64,000 bases of DNA from assembly GCA_044376115.1 (NCBI GenBank), contig JBILLK010000029.1, forward strand, positions 32,001 to 96,000, read 5' to 3'. This document shows positions 9,338-19,366 of the stretch, one piece after another. This DNA is from Polyangiaceae bacterium. GTDB lineage: Bacteria > Myxococcota_A > Polyangia > Polyangiales > Polyangiaceae. Every line of letters begins with the position of its first letter. Position 1 is the stretch's first letter. The position numbers and the translations under genes were made by a program. A model generated the notes under the pieces. The model worked only from the letters and a program-made list of their open reading frames with translations. It had not been told where the DNA came from and ran no database searches.

Positions 9338-10090
9338 ATGAACTTTCTTCGCCTTCCGTTCCAACTCTTCGTTGCTGCGGCGCTCGGTTGTGGCGCTAAC
9401 GTTCAACTTGAGGATGGCGCCGCGTCCGATTCGGGGGGTGGGCCTGGGCAAGGCGCCGGGCCGGGCCAAGGCGCTGGGCCCGATCAAGGCGCTGGACCTG
9501 GCCAGGGCGCTGGGCCCGGTCAAGGTGCGGGGCCGGGCCAGGGGGGATTTGGTGCGGGCAACGTTGGCGGCGGAGGCGCTGCGGAAGGCGGCTTTGGCGG
9601 CGGAGGCGCTGGGCAGGGTGGTGCAACGCCGTGTGAGGCTAATTGCGCAGCGGATTGCCCGATATTGTTTACCCCAGGGCCAGAGTGCGTTGCGGAATGC
9701 GACGCGGCTTATGAAGGGCCGTTTTGCGTAGGTCTTCACGTCGACCTGATGCTCTGCTTGCAACCGTACCTCGACGAGCAATGCCGCCTACCTGTCGCGG
9801 CAGAGGAGTGCAAGCTCGAGACCATCAAGTATTTGTATTGCTCCGGCTCCCTCTATTGCGAACCCACCTCCTACGAGTGGAATGAGACTGGCACGGAGTG
9901 TTGGGGAACCGGCAACTGCCCCTTCGATACCGCCATTGGCTCGCATTGCGTCCTAGAGGACAGCGGCGAGGTTGTCTGTGAGTGCACCCGCAATGACGAG
10001 TTCATTGGAACCTGTCAGCCTTACCAGCCGATCGTGAACTGTTACGCTGATTCAAGCTGCTGTACCATATTGGCCTTCGAGCAGCCCTGA
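9338..10090 (+). CDS. Cys-rich lipoprotein with GPGQGA repeats
   Basis: Lipobox ALGC, hexapeptide repeats, many Cys, ends CYADSSCC. Confidence 0.85.
   Translation: MNFLRLPFQLFVAAALGCGANVQLEDGAASDSGGGPGQGAGPGQGAGPDQGAGPGQGAGPGQGAGPGQGGFGAGNVGGGGAAEGGFGGGGAGQGGATPCEANCAADCPILFTPGPECVAECDAAYEGPFCVGLHVDLMLCLQPYLDEQCRLPVAAEECKLETIKYLYCSGSLYCEPTSYEWNETGTECWGTGNCPFDTAIGSHCVLEDSGEVVCECTRNDEFIGTCQPYQPIVNCYADSSCCTILAFEQP
9440..9547 (+). repeat. 18-bp tandem repeat x6 (GPGQGA)
   Basis: gggcctgggcaaggcgcc, gggccgggccaaggcgct, gggcccgatcaaggcgct, ggacctggccagggcgct, gggcccggtcaaggtgcg, gggccgggccagggggga. Confidence 0.9.
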
Positions 10091-10236
10091 AGCAGCCTCA
10101 GGCCACCGTTAGCTAATTATCTATCCACTACGCAACGTGGCCCATCACCCCTGGCCACGAGCACCGCCTGGACGTGGCACCGTCCGGACGGCGGCTCGGT
10201 CTTCTCACTACGAAGCCGTCACGGATAGATAGGCCC

Positions 10237-10917
10237 ATGAGTTCGAACAAGCGGACGAGGCAAGCTTGGAGCACGCTCGTAGCCATCCTTGTGACCGGCT
10301 GCGGCGCCGAGGTCGCGCTGATTGATGACGACGGGAGTGCATCCTCGGACGGCACGGGCGCCGGTTCGGCGGCTGGTGGCGCAAGCTCGGTGGGCGGCGG
10401 AGCCGCAGAGTACGATCTGCAGGCGGGCTGCGCCGAGGTCTGCAGTCAGCCATGCGTGGGGTCACCAACGCTCTGCACCGAAGAGTGTATGAAGTACGCC
10501 ACGCCCGGCTGCCCGCGGGAATCGGTGGAGCGCCATGCTTGCTACATGAGCTACTGCGTCGGGGCGCAAGACTGCACCGCCCAAGAAGATGCGGCGTTCG
10601 CCTGCGCCCGTCGCGGCGGCTGCGAAGACCCTAAGGTAGATGGCCAGTTCGGCCCCGAAGACGCTTGTGAGTCAGCCTACGGCAGCACCTGCGACGAGAC
10701 GGGGTGCACCAGCCTGGACGCCTGTGAGTGCTCCGGGACCTGCCTTGACCGCCACTCTGCGACTGTTTCTTGCGAGATCGATTGGGCCGCCGATCAAGGG
10801 GAACGCTTCAACTGTAAGTGCTTCTTCGACGGCGAGTTGGTCGGCGAGTGTTTTGACTGGTCGGAGACCTGCCTGGTCGATTCGTCCTGCTGCCGAGGCT
10901 GGTTCGCCGCCGATTGA
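10237..10917 (+). CDS. Cys-rich lipoprotein, paralog of 9338..10090
   Basis: VTGCGAEV lipobox; C-terminal CKCFFDGELVGEC...CLVDSSCC matches CECTRNDEFIGTC...CYADSSCC. Confidence 0.85.
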   Translation: MSSNKRTRQAWSTLVAILVTGCGAEVALIDDDGSASSDGTGAGSAAGGASSVGGGAAEYDLQAGCAEVCSQPCVGSPTLCTEECMKYATPGCPRESVERHACYMSYCVGAQDCTAQEDAAFACARRGGCEDPKVDGQFGPEDACESAYGSTCDETGCTSLDACECSGTCLDRHSATVSCEIDWAADQGERFNCKCFFDGELVGECFDWSETCLVDSSCCRGWFAAD

Positions 10918-10929
10918 GTTAATGCGCTA

Positions 10930-12561
10930 TCAAGGCACGCCCTCCCACGGGTCGTTGGTGCCGAATAGAGCGTTCGATAGCGCGGCCGGCGGAGCCAACT
11001 CGAGCGGCGCAACCTGATCGGTGCAGGAGCTATCGATCGTAGCCGTCGGGTTGGCGATGAACTGCGAGAAGAGCTGATTGGCGCAGCTCGGTCCACCGCC
11101 GACGCTGGGCGCTTGGAAGGTGCCGTGCGGGGCACGCGGGATCGTGACGTAGGTCTGATTGGGACCGGTGAACGGCGCGATCGCGGCGTCGGAGACCTCT
11201 TGCGGGATGAAGTCGAACTCACCGTGCATCGAGAGGATCGGAGTGCTCGTCCCGGCCGAAACTCCGAAGTACTCATCGAGCGGGTAACGCGGCCAGTCCG
11301 GCGCCATCGAGGCAAACACCTCGGGCAGGCTCTGCACCACATTGGCGGTATCGCGGAAGGCGCTGAGCTCGGCCACCGTGGGAGCAGGATCGTTCCACAG
11401 CTCACTTAGCTGGATATTGGCGCTCAGCATCAATGAGAAGTAGCGCTGGCTGGCGGTGGCTGGAGCTGGCTGGCTAATAGCCGTCGCGAAGTTCTCATAA
11501 GCCGCTATGTCGGCCTCGCTGCAGCGGTTCAGGCGGTAGACCATCGGCGGTAAGAACGGACGCAGATCCCAGCGGTAAAAGAAGGACCCCCAGATCTGCT
11601 GCAAGAAGCGCCGGTCAAAACCGAGCGCCTCAATCTCCGGGCAGGCCCCCGCGTCGAAGTCGTTCAACGTCTGAGTCATCGTGGCCCACGGATCGGCGCC
11701 CAACTTCTGCGAGCAGACGCTATCGGCGCCGCAGCGGTCCATGAAGTCGTGACCAAGCTCGTTCATCCAAACGTCGAGCAAGTCGAGCTCCCCGCCCATC
11801 GCCGGCGCATCCAAGATCACGCCGGTCTCTTGACCGGGATAGAGCACCATCAAGCGATTGGCCCAGATGGTCCCATAGGAGCCGCCATACACAAGGATGT
11901 CGTCCTCGGGGCGCTTGGTAGCCTCGATGAACTCACCGACGTCGCGAGCTGCGTTGGTGATGGTAAAGCCCTTCAGCCCCTCGCCCCAGGTATCGATCAG
12001 CTCGTCCACGCAGCCGGGTAACTCTGCTTGCGAGAGGTTGAAACCACCTTCACTCTCATCGCTCTCATACGTCGGGCAGCCGAGCCGGCTGGAGCGGCCA
12101 GTCCCGCGGTGATCCGGCAGGTAGAGGTCGATGGTCTGCGCCTTGGTGAAGTTGTCGTAGTCAGCGCCCGAGTAGCCAGGCCCGCCGTTGAGAAACCAAA
12201 GCTGGCCGCGGCTCGGCTGCATCACCGCCGGCAAACGCTTGACGAAGAAGTCGATCTTCGGGCCGTCCGGATCGGACCAGTCGAGCGGGACTTTGATGGT
12301 TGCACACTCGGCGCCGCCTCCGAAGCTCTCGTCGCTCGAGACCGGGCACGGCGACCAGTTGACAGCGCCCGCACCGCCCTCCCCGCCGTTACCACCCGCG
12401 CCGAGACCGCCGCTCCCGCCTGTGTCGTTTCCGCCTGCTGGCTCCCCGCCCGACCCACCGCCGCCCGAGGTCGCCCCGCCAGTAACGCCGCTATCATCAC
12501 CGCAGGCCGCCAATACCAAAAGGGCGCTCGCCCATCCCATCAAGCTCGAAAAGCTCCGCAT
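10930..12561 (-). CDS. Alpha/beta hydrolase lipoprotein (tripeptidyl-aminopeptidase/TAP-like)
   Basis: ECATIKVPLDW, NGGPG, DHRGTGRS, GGSYG nucleophile elbow, GEFD and APHG. Confidence 0.88.
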   Translation of the reverse strand: MRSFSSLMGWASALLVLAACGDDSGVTGGATSGGGGSGGEPAGGNDTGGSGGLGAGGNGGEGGAGAVNWSPCPVSSDESFGGGAECATIKVPLDWSDPDGPKIDFFVKRLPAVMQPSRGQLWFLNGGPGYSGADYDNFTKAQTIDLYLPDHRGTGRSSRLGCPTYESDESEGGFNLSQAELPGCVDELIDTWGEGLKGFTITNAARDVGEFIEATKRPEDDILVYGGSYGTIWANRLMVLYPGQETGVILDAPAMGGELDLLDVWMNELGHDFMDRCGADSVCSQKLGADPWATMTQTLNDFDAGACPEIEALGFDRRFLQQIWGSFFYRWDLRPFLPPMVYRLNRCSEADIAAYENFATAISQPAPATASQRYFSLMLSANIQLSELWNDPAPTVAELSAFRDTANVVQSLPEVFASMAPDWPRYPLDEYFGVSAGTSTPILSMHGEFDFIPQEVSDAAIAPFTGPNQTYVTIPRAPHGTFQAPSVGGGPSCANQLFSQFIANPTATIDSSCTDQVAPLELAPPAALSNALFGTNDPWEGVP

Positions 12562-12663
12562 CGTCGTGTCTCCTCGAGAGAGGGCTCCCGCTCGCTGGCC
12601 GTTGTGAGCGAAAGCCGGCGAGCTTTGAGGCGTTCTGAGGTGGTCCTCGGCTAGGCTGCGCGA

Positions 12664-13257
12664 GTGGGCGGCGAGGCGGCGGTGGACCGAGCTGAGGTCG
12701 AGGCGAAGGTCCTAGCGAGTCTGGGCGCCGGCGATTTCAGCGTGGCCGCAGGCCAGATCGTGCGCGGCTTTGGGGCCGAGCTTTACGGCTGGCTTTCGGC
12801 GGTGCTCGGGCCGAGCGATGCGGCCGACGTGTTTGGCGCCTTCGAGGAGGAGCTGTTGCGCTCGCTGCCAAGCTTTCGCGCGGAGACCTCGGCGCGCAGT
12901 TGGAGCTACTTGATCGCCAAGAGCTGCGCACGAAAGCACGCTCGCAGCGAACTGCGCCGCAGGCTGCGCATGACCCCGCTCGACAACCACTCATCGGTGC
13001 TCGAACGCGCAACACCAAGCGCCTCTTCCAACCAGGCCAGCACCCTCGACCGCCTCCGACAGTTCCGCGCAGCCTTGCCACAAGACGACCAGGACCTGCT
13101 GATTCTACGCGTGGATCGCGGCTTCTCCTTCAACGAGGTCGCCGGCATCTTGCTAGGCGAGCGCGCGACGGCGCAACAAATCGAGCGCGAAAGCGCCCGC
13201 TTGCGCAAGCGGCTCGAGGCGATCCGCAAGGCCGCACGGCTCGAGCTTGGGGCCTAG
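12664..13257 (+). CDS. ECF-type RNA polymerase sigma factor
   Basis: Region 2 (DAADVF...FRAETSARSWSYLIA) and region 4 (LPQDDQDLLILRVDRGFSFNEVA). Confidence 0.85.
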   Translation: MGGEAAVDRAEVEAKVLASLGAGDFSVAAGQIVRGFGAELYGWLSAVLGPSDAADVFGAFEEELLRSLPSFRAETSARSWSYLIAKSCARKHARSELRRRLRMTPLDNHSSVLERATPSASSNQASTLDRLRQFRAALPQDDQDLLILRVDRGFSFNEVAGILLGERATAQQIERESARLRKRLEAIRKAARLELGA

Positions 13258-14137
13258 CTTGCGAGACGGTGCTGAGGCGAGACTTTCAGCTAGTCGGCTG
13301 GGGTCAGCGCTGTCCTCGGACGTCGCCGTCATCGCGATCGTTCGCTTTCGAGCGACCACGTTGCAGTCGCTTGGTCGCGCTGGGGTCGAGGCAGTCACGG
13401 ACGCGCTCTTGCACGGCGACCACCCGACGGTCGATTCAGAGCGCGACCAAAGGCCACCAGGCCTAGTGTTGTCGGCCGTCAACCATGCCGGTGAGCAGCT
13501 CGGGCAGGTGCAGATTCACCCTGCCGCACCAGACCTTGAAGGGTTCCTCGCCGAGGTCGCGCTCAACGCAGCCGAGCGGGTTGGCTGCCAAGTCGAGCTC
13601 CGCGCGGGGCAACTGCCACTCGAACGGTTAACGACGCGTGCGCCGAGCGACGCAAACGCCACCGACGTTGAGCAGGCCTTCGCTGGACTCGACGTGAAGC
13701 TTACGCGCGAAGGAGAAACCCTTCGGCTCTGCCGTGAGACGCCCGCAAGCCGTCACCCTGCAGTGATGCTCGGCGTACTGCTGCTCGCAGCGGCGTTCTG
13801 GTGGTTGGTGCTTGCTGGCTTGCTGCTTCGGAGCGGTCGAGAGCTAGTCTTCGACGTAGCACGCCGTACCTTTCGACGGCGACCGTTTCGCTGGCAAGCC
13901 ACGCTCAGTTCGCGGGAGCTTGAGTTGACCGATGACGAAGCAAAGCCGCTCGTCGTTCCGCTCGAGCGGGTTCGGGCCGTGAGCCTCGCGCCCCCCGCAT
14001 GGAATGCCCAGGAGATGAGCCAGCCAAGCGTATTGCGGTTACTCGTCGACGGAACCTTCATTGAGCTTCCAGTGCCCGAAGAGCTTCGTTCGGCGCTGGC
14101 CGAAGTGGTTCGCCGCAAACTCTCACCCTCGAAGTAG
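13247..14137 (+). CDS. Hypothetical membrane protein (start uncertain)
   Basis: 296-aa ORF with a central TM helix and a C-terminal beta-rich domain. Confidence 0.6.
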   Translation: MGPSLRDGAEARLSASRLGSALSSDVAVIAIVRFRATTLQSLGRAGVEAVTDALLHGDHPTVDSERDQRPPGLVLSAVNHAGEQLGQVQIHPAAPDLEGFLAEVALNAAERVGCQVELRAGQLPLERLTTRAPSDANATDVEQAFAGLDVKLTREGETLRLCRETPASRHPAVMLGVLLLAAAFWWLVLAGLLLRSGRELVFDVARRTFRRRPFRWQATLSSRELELTDDEAKPLVVPLERVRAVSLAPPAWNAQEMSQPSVLRLLVDGTFIELPVPEELRSALAEVVRRKLSPSK

Positions 14138-14382
14138 ATCAGGTCCTGACCGTAGTCGGCCGCCATCGACAACTTCGGCGCCAGCGTCTTTCCCCACGGA
14201 GCTAGTACGTTGCGCTGCGTGCCTACGCGGCGGGAATGACGGCCAGGCCGAAGGCAAAGCCGAGAATACCCGCGCGGCTGCTCTGTTTCACGCTCAGAAG
14301 GCTAGCGTCGATCAGCCTTGCTTCGCCAAATCAGCGACAAAAGCGGCGGCGAAGCCCTTGATCCCCAGTTATCGTTCAAAGC

Positions 14383-15087
14383 ATGCGGCTCATCGTGGCT
14401 CTTGGGTTTTCGCTGGGTGCTCTTTCGCTCGGAGCCGACGCTCAAGACGCGCAGGCTTGCGGCAACGCGGTCGAGGGCATCAATCCCCTCGCCGTCGCGG
14501 TGGCCAACATTGAACGCCAGGTCGACACCGGCCAGCTGTCCGAGGCGGCCCTCGCCATGCGCTCGGCCTTGCCCAAGCCGCCCAAGGTCGAAAGCTACCT
14601 CGATCAACGCTTGCTGCTGCTTTCCGCCTTGGGCGTGGCGCGTTCACGCGGGGAGCTCTCACTGCTTCATTCCAAGCTCACTCCTGAGGCCGATTCGCCC
14701 GCTGCGCGGATGAACGAGGCACTCGCGTTATTGGAGACGCGAGCTAAGCGCATCAACGCCGAATTCGAGGACAAGGGCTGGCTGGCCGAGGGGCTTGCGG
14801 CCATCCCCGGTCGCGGCTTCGAGGCGAAGGAACTTCTCGGCGAAATGGAAGCCAACGGCGTGATGCGGTCGGCGTGGGGCTTTGCAGCGCTCTCGAGGTT
14901 GCGGCGTGCGCCCGACACCAAGGCTCCGGCGGCTGTGGTCGGGCCACTGGTAGCGTTGGAAGCAGCGCGCGCGCAGCTAAGTGATTCACGCTGCGCGCGC
15001 ATGTCGCTGGCGCCGAAGCGGGTCTGCGGCGTGGAGCGTGACGCACGGCTCGCCTCCCCCGCTGCGCTCGCGGCCGGCGGCAATTGA
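14383..15087 (+). CDS. Secreted helical (TPR-like) hypothetical protein
   Basis: Signal peptide ending AQA-C, helical body. Confidence 0.7.
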   Translation: MRLIVALGFSLGALSLGADAQDAQACGNAVEGINPLAVAVANIERQVDTGQLSEAALAMRSALPKPPKVESYLDQRLLLLSALGVARSRGELSLLHSKLTPEADSPAARMNEALALLETRAKRINAEFEDKGWLAEGLAAIPGRGFEAKELLGEMEANGVMRSAWGFAALSRLRRAPDTKAPAAVVGPLVALEAARAQLSDSRCARMSLAPKRVCGVERDARLASPAALAAGGN

Positions 15088-15116
15088 GCGGTCGCCCACT
15101 GCAAGACGTCACGCGG

Positions 15117-15536
15117 TCAGCGCGCTAGAGCCACCAAACACTTTTGAAACGGCGCACACGCCGTCTCACTCAAACAGCGTTGCGCCGCCTCCAAGGTCGC
15201 TTGGCTGGCCGCATCCAGCGGGGAGCCGTTGCACTGCTTGAGACAGCTGGCCTCGGTCTCGGGCGCTAGCTTCTGCGCGCTCGCCACGACCGCCGCGTCC
15301 ACCCGGTCTCCCTTGACAGCCAGCGCCTGAGCAGCCTCCAGACCGCAGCGCGTTGAACGCTCGCACACGGAGCTGCAATAGCCCTTCAGATCGAACGGCG
15401 GAGCCGACGCGATAGCCGAGATCGAGGGCTGGGGAGCAGCTGCGGCGGCGCTAGCGGGCGAGCTCGCCGCGCCGTTTGAAGGCTCTTGTGAACTGCAGGC
15501 GACTACCAGCAGCAGTAGTGCGACGCGCGTCAGCAC
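15117..15536 (-). CDS. Small Cys-rich lipoprotein
   Basis: GTG 15536 overlaps the upstream stop; lipobox VVAC; CxxxC...C pattern. Confidence 0.7.
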   Translation of the reverse strand: MLTRVALLLLVVACSSQEPSNGAASSPASAAAAAPQPSISAIASAPPFDLKGYCSSVCERSTRCGLEAAQALAVKGDRVDAAVVASAQKLAPETEASCLKQCNGSPLDAASQATLEAAQRCLSETACAPFQKCLVALAR

Positions 15537-16705
15537 GCCGTCGCCTTGCGTTGGCGCCGCCGCATAACCGCGAGCGCCGCGAGCCCAAGCAACAAGCCAA
15601 ACGGCGAGCTCCCGACCTTGCGGTCGAGAGCGCAATCGCAGCCTTCGCCGCTCTCTTCACCCTCACTTTCGCCGGTCTCCCCGCCAGCGCCTTCACCGCC
15701 AGCACCGTCGCCGCCTTGCCCCTCGCTGCAATCGGGATCGCTCGCGCACGCTTCGTTGCAATCACCGTCCGCGATGCACACCGGACAGTCCGTGTCGGGC
15801 ACTGGGCAGTCTTCGACGCAGGTGCCTTCGGCGGCGCATTGCGGATCACAATCGGGATCGCTAGCGACATCGGGACAAGCGCTAGTGCAAAAACCGTCTT
15901 CGGCGCACGGGCAATCCGGGTCCGGGCTGGCGCAACCACTGGCGCAACCATCCCCCGCATTGCAACTCACGCCAGCATCGATGAACGGTTGTACGAAGCT
16001 CGCGACGTGGCTCTGCACGACCTCGTCGAGCATGATGGTTTGGCAGTCGCTGCGCGTATGGATGCCGACGAACTTCTCCACACCGCCGTCGTTCCAGAGG
16101 GCCGTCCCCCCGGAGTCCCCGTTGCAGGTGCCCGAGGGCGCGAGCTCCATCGAAAAGACGCTACCGAAGCGTTCGGCGATGGTGGCCTGAGCGACGCGTT
16201 TGACGCCGCCGCCTCCACCGTTGGCCTGCGTGAGACCGAAGCCGACCAGCGTGAGCTCCGTGCCGATGGCCGGCAAATCCGCTATTGGGACGGGCGCAAC
16301 CGGCGCTGCCTCCTGCAACCGTAAAACCGCGATGTCATTCTCTGGTGCCTGCAGCGACGTATCCCAGTTGGGGTGACCAAGCCCATCCTCGAGTGGGATG
16401 AACACGCCACCGGCGCTCACGTCAGAGCCGAAGAACACCTCCACGACCTCCCACTGCACACCGCCGATCTCCGGGGAGATGCAGTGAGCCGCGGTCACCA
16501 CCACCGTAGGCGTCACCAAGGTCCCACTACAAAAAGGCTGGCCGGCTACCGTCAGCGCCACCGAGGCCGGATGTGCTGCGTCCAACTGACCGTTGACGAT
16601 CGGCTGGTGCTCTAGCTCCACCGCCTCCTCCCGAGCGCCGTTCGACTCCACCTCACAACCGATGAGCGAGAGGAGAGCAACTGCGCAGACCAGCGAAGGC
16701 TTCAT
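15530..16705 (-). CDS. Trypsin-like (S1) serine protease with Cys-rich repeats and MYXO-CTERM sorting signal
   Basis: IVNG mature start, TAAHC, DIAVL, GDSGG; C-terminal GCDC...LLLGLAALAVMRRR. Confidence 0.92.
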   Translation of the reverse strand: MKPSLVCAVALLSLIGCEVESNGAREEAVELEHQPIVNGQLDAAHPASVALTVAGQPFCSGTLVTPTVVVTAAHCISPEIGGVQWEVVEVFFGSDVSAGGVFIPLEDGLGHPNWDTSLQAPENDIAVLRLQEAAPVAPVPIADLPAIGTELTLVGFGLTQANGGGGGVKRVAQATIAERFGSVFSMELAPSGTCNGDSGGTALWNDGGVEKFVGIHTRSDCQTIMLDEVVQSHVASFVQPFIDAGVSCNAGDGCASGCASPDPDCPCAEDGFCTSACPDVASDPDCDPQCAAEGTCVEDCPVPDTDCPVCIADGDCNEACASDPDCSEGQGGDGAGGEGAGGETGESEGEESGEGCDCALDRKVGSSPFGLLLGLAALAVMRRRQRKATAC

Positions 16706-16822
16706 GGCCAGCAGCATGCAACCAAACCAACGAGCCGTTCAAGAGCTTCCCCGTCACGGAAAGGCCCGATCGTAGCAACCTGCGACGAGACGGCCGCGCT
16801 GCGCGCGCTACGCTGGTGAGCG

Positions 16823-18010
16823 GTGGCCTCAAAGAAGATCTCACTCGACGGTCGCTTGCTGCAGCGCAACGTAGTCCCGCCCGCGCTGGCCTGCCTGGGC
16901 TCGATCGTGGTTTTGGCGATCGCGCTCCACCCCGACACCGATCTGCTGATCCGGCTGATGGCGGTGCCAGGGGGCTTGTTGCTCGCGGCCCTTTGCCTTG
17001 CGACCGCGGCCAACAACAGCTTTCCTTTGGGCCGACCTTGCCGTGTCGACGCTTCGCAAGGAGAGCTGCACATCAGCGGGCTTCCGCCGATCGGCCGCGA
17101 TGCCATTCGCGGGATCACCACGCAGATGATTCGGCGCGGTGCTGCGCGGCTCAATCATGTGACGATCGTGCTCGAGCAACGCAACCTGTGGCTGGAGCTC
17201 CAAGATGCGGAGGTTGAACCGTTGCTCGAGGCCCTCGCGCTGCGACCCGAACACCGACGGGCTGGCTACCCGATTGGGTCGGGCTTGCGCACACGCATCG
17301 TCGTCGTCGGCGTTCTGGCGCTGCCAGTCCTGCTTTTCACCAAACTTCCGCTGGTCGTATTTGTTCTGCTGGTGGTCGTGGTGGCCTGGTTTGCAGGCAA
17401 CCTACGCGGACGCGCCGAGGTGGGCATCGATGGGGCGAGCGTGCGTTGGGCGCGCCTCCGATTCGTCCCGTTCGGCGAGGTGGCCAGTATCGACTGCGCC
17501 GGTGGTTGGCACGGTCCCACCACACAGCTTCACCTGCGTTCGGGTTCAACGTTGCGGCTGCGCACCCCGGCGCCGATCTCCAATGCCCATGCGCAGCGCG
17601 AGCTCGGCTACCGCATGTGTGAGCATCTCACGTTGGCGTTCGAGTCCTTCGGTGGAAAGAGCGAGGATCCGGCTCTGTTCGCCGCGCTGATGCGCGGCGA
17701 ACAGAGCGGCAAGCAGTGGCTGGAGACAGCGCGAACCGCGGCGCTCGGAGCTGGCTATCGCGCAGCCGCGATTGGGCTCGACCGCATGGAGCAAGTGCTG
17801 GTTGCGCCGGAGAGCCCGGCGGAGAGCCGCATCGCCGCTGCGGCCGTGATGCTGCGGATCAGCGAGGAAGGGCGCGCGCGGGTGCAGGTCGCTGCTACCT
17901 CGTGCGCGTCGCCGCTGGTTCGCCAAACACTGGAGACACTGCTCGCTACCGAGGACGAGGCGGAGCTCGCGAGCGCGCTGGAGCGATTCGAAGCGCCTCC
18001 ACTCCGCTGA
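16823..18010 (+). CDS. Membrane protein with PH-like domains and helical C-terminus (paralog 1)
   Basis: TM pairs, AEVGIDGASVRW, GYRAAA, SRIAAAAV; closely similar to the next gene. Confidence 0.8.
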   Translation: MASKKISLDGRLLQRNVVPPALACLGSIVVLAIALHPDTDLLIRLMAVPGGLLLAALCLATAANNSFPLGRPCRVDASQGELHISGLPPIGRDAIRGITTQMIRRGAARLNHVTIVLEQRNLWLELQDAEVEPLLEALALRPEHRRAGYPIGSGLRTRIVVVGVLALPVLLFTKLPLVVFVLLVVVVAWFAGNLRGRAEVGIDGASVRWARLRFVPFGEVASIDCAGGWHGPTTQLHLRSGSTLRLRTPAPISNAHAQRELGYRMCEHLTLAFESFGGKSEDPALFAALMRGEQSGKQWLETARTAALGAGYRAAAIGLDRMEQVLVAPESPAESRIAAAAVMLRISEEGRARVQVAATSCASPLVRQTLETLLATEDEAELASALERFEAPPLR

Positions 18011-18088
18011 CCCGCAAAGCTCTAACGCCCGGGCTTCGAGCAGCCCCAGCTGCGACGGCTGCATTCGGCTGCGCTAGGCTGGCGGCAA

Positions 18089-19312
18089 GTGGCCGCAAAA
18101 ACGATCGCGATCAACGGGCGCTTGATGCGTCGCAACAACCTGCCTCCCGCGCTCGCCTGCGTTGGCTTGGTCGTGCTCATGGCGCTCGCGCTCCACCCCG
18201 CTACCGACACGCCCGGCAAGCTGCTCGCGGCTCCGATTTGCCTATTACTGGGCGTGATTGCGTTGGTCACGGCGGCGCGCAACAGCTATCCACTGGGCCA
18301 GCCGTGCACCGTGAGCGCGTCGAAAGGCGAGCTTCAGATCAGCGGACTTCCTCCAGTCGCGAGGGACGCAATCCGCGGCCTCACCACCCAAGCGGTTCAA
18401 CAAACCGAGGCGCGCTTGAGTCACCTTACGATCGAGCTGCAAGACCGACGGATTTGGCTCGAGCTTCGCTCCGAGGATGTCGAGCCGCTGCTGGAGGCCT
18501 TCGCGTTGCGCCCGGAGCATCGGCGAGCCACCTACCCCATTGGCTTCGGCTTCCTCCAACGGCTCGCAGTGACGACCATCTTGGTCGCTCCGGCGCTATT
18601 TTGGCCAGAGATCGATCGGCGAGTGGATCTCCTCTCCGTAGCCCTGCTGTTGATGCTCAGCCTCGTGGTCGCTCTGCCCTTTGCTTGGCTCGCGGGCTTT
18701 CTACGCGGTCGCGCCGAGGTCGGTATCGATGGCCTCAGCGTGCGCTGGCTGCGTCGCCGCTTTATTCCGTTTAGCGCGCTAAGCGCCGTCGATCGCGAGA
18801 AGGGCTGGCATGGTCTAACGGCGCTGCTATGCCTGCGCGCGGGCTCCACGGTCCGGCTGCGTACGCCTGCGCCGCTCGCGAACGCAGACGCCCAGCGAGC
18901 CCAGGGTGAGCAGCTGTGCGACCACCTGCGGCTGGCCTTCGATAACTTCGGTGAAACGCAAAGTGAGACCGCCGCCCTGTTCAGCGCGCTGCGCCGCGGC
19001 GAGCAGAACGGGCAGCAGTGGCTCGAGACCGCACGAGCCGTCGCCTTGGGCGCAGGGTACCGGGCGGCCGCGGCTGGGCTCGACCGCCTGGAGCAGGTAC
19101 TGGTTGCACCAGAGAGCCCCGCGGACAGTCGTATCGCCGCCGCAGCTGTATTGCTGCGAAACCACGACGTGGGCCGCGCGCGCGTACAGGCCGCCGCTAC
19201 CTCGTGCGCATCGCCGCACGTTCGAGAAGCGCTAGAGACGCTGCTCGCGACCGAGGACGAGGCGGAGCTCGCGAGCGCGCTCGAGTCATTCGACCGGAGG
19301 TTGATGCCGTAA
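18089..19312 (+). CDS. Membrane protein, tandem paralog 2
   Basis: Collinear with 16823..18010, including identical LETLLATEDEAELASALE. Confidence 0.8.
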   Translation: MAAKTIAINGRLMRRNNLPPALACVGLVVLMALALHPATDTPGKLLAAPICLLLGVIALVTAARNSYPLGQPCTVSASKGELQISGLPPVARDAIRGLTTQAVQQTEARLSHLTIELQDRRIWLELRSEDVEPLLEAFALRPEHRRATYPIGFGFLQRLAVTTILVAPALFWPEIDRRVDLLSVALLLMLSLVVALPFAWLAGFLRGRAEVGIDGLSVRWLRRRFIPFSALSAVDREKGWHGLTALLCLRAGSTVRLRTPAPLANADAQRAQGEQLCDHLRLAFDNFGETQSETAALFSALRRGEQNGQQWLETARAVALGAGYRAAAAGLDRLEQVLVAPESPADSRIAAAAVLLRNHDVGRARVQAAATSCASPHVREALETLLATEDEAELASALESFDRRLMP

Positions 19313-19366
19313 GACTCAAGCACGGGAGCTTGAAACAGCGCCACCATTCGCTGCTACGCTTAGGTC

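Noticed and set aside
9440..9547. Possible CRISPR array
   Set aside because: Contiguous in-frame coding repeats without spacers; no cas genes.
14138..14382. Possible ncRNA or gene remnant in this intergenic gap
   Set aside because: No convincing stems, terminator or recognisable peptide motif.
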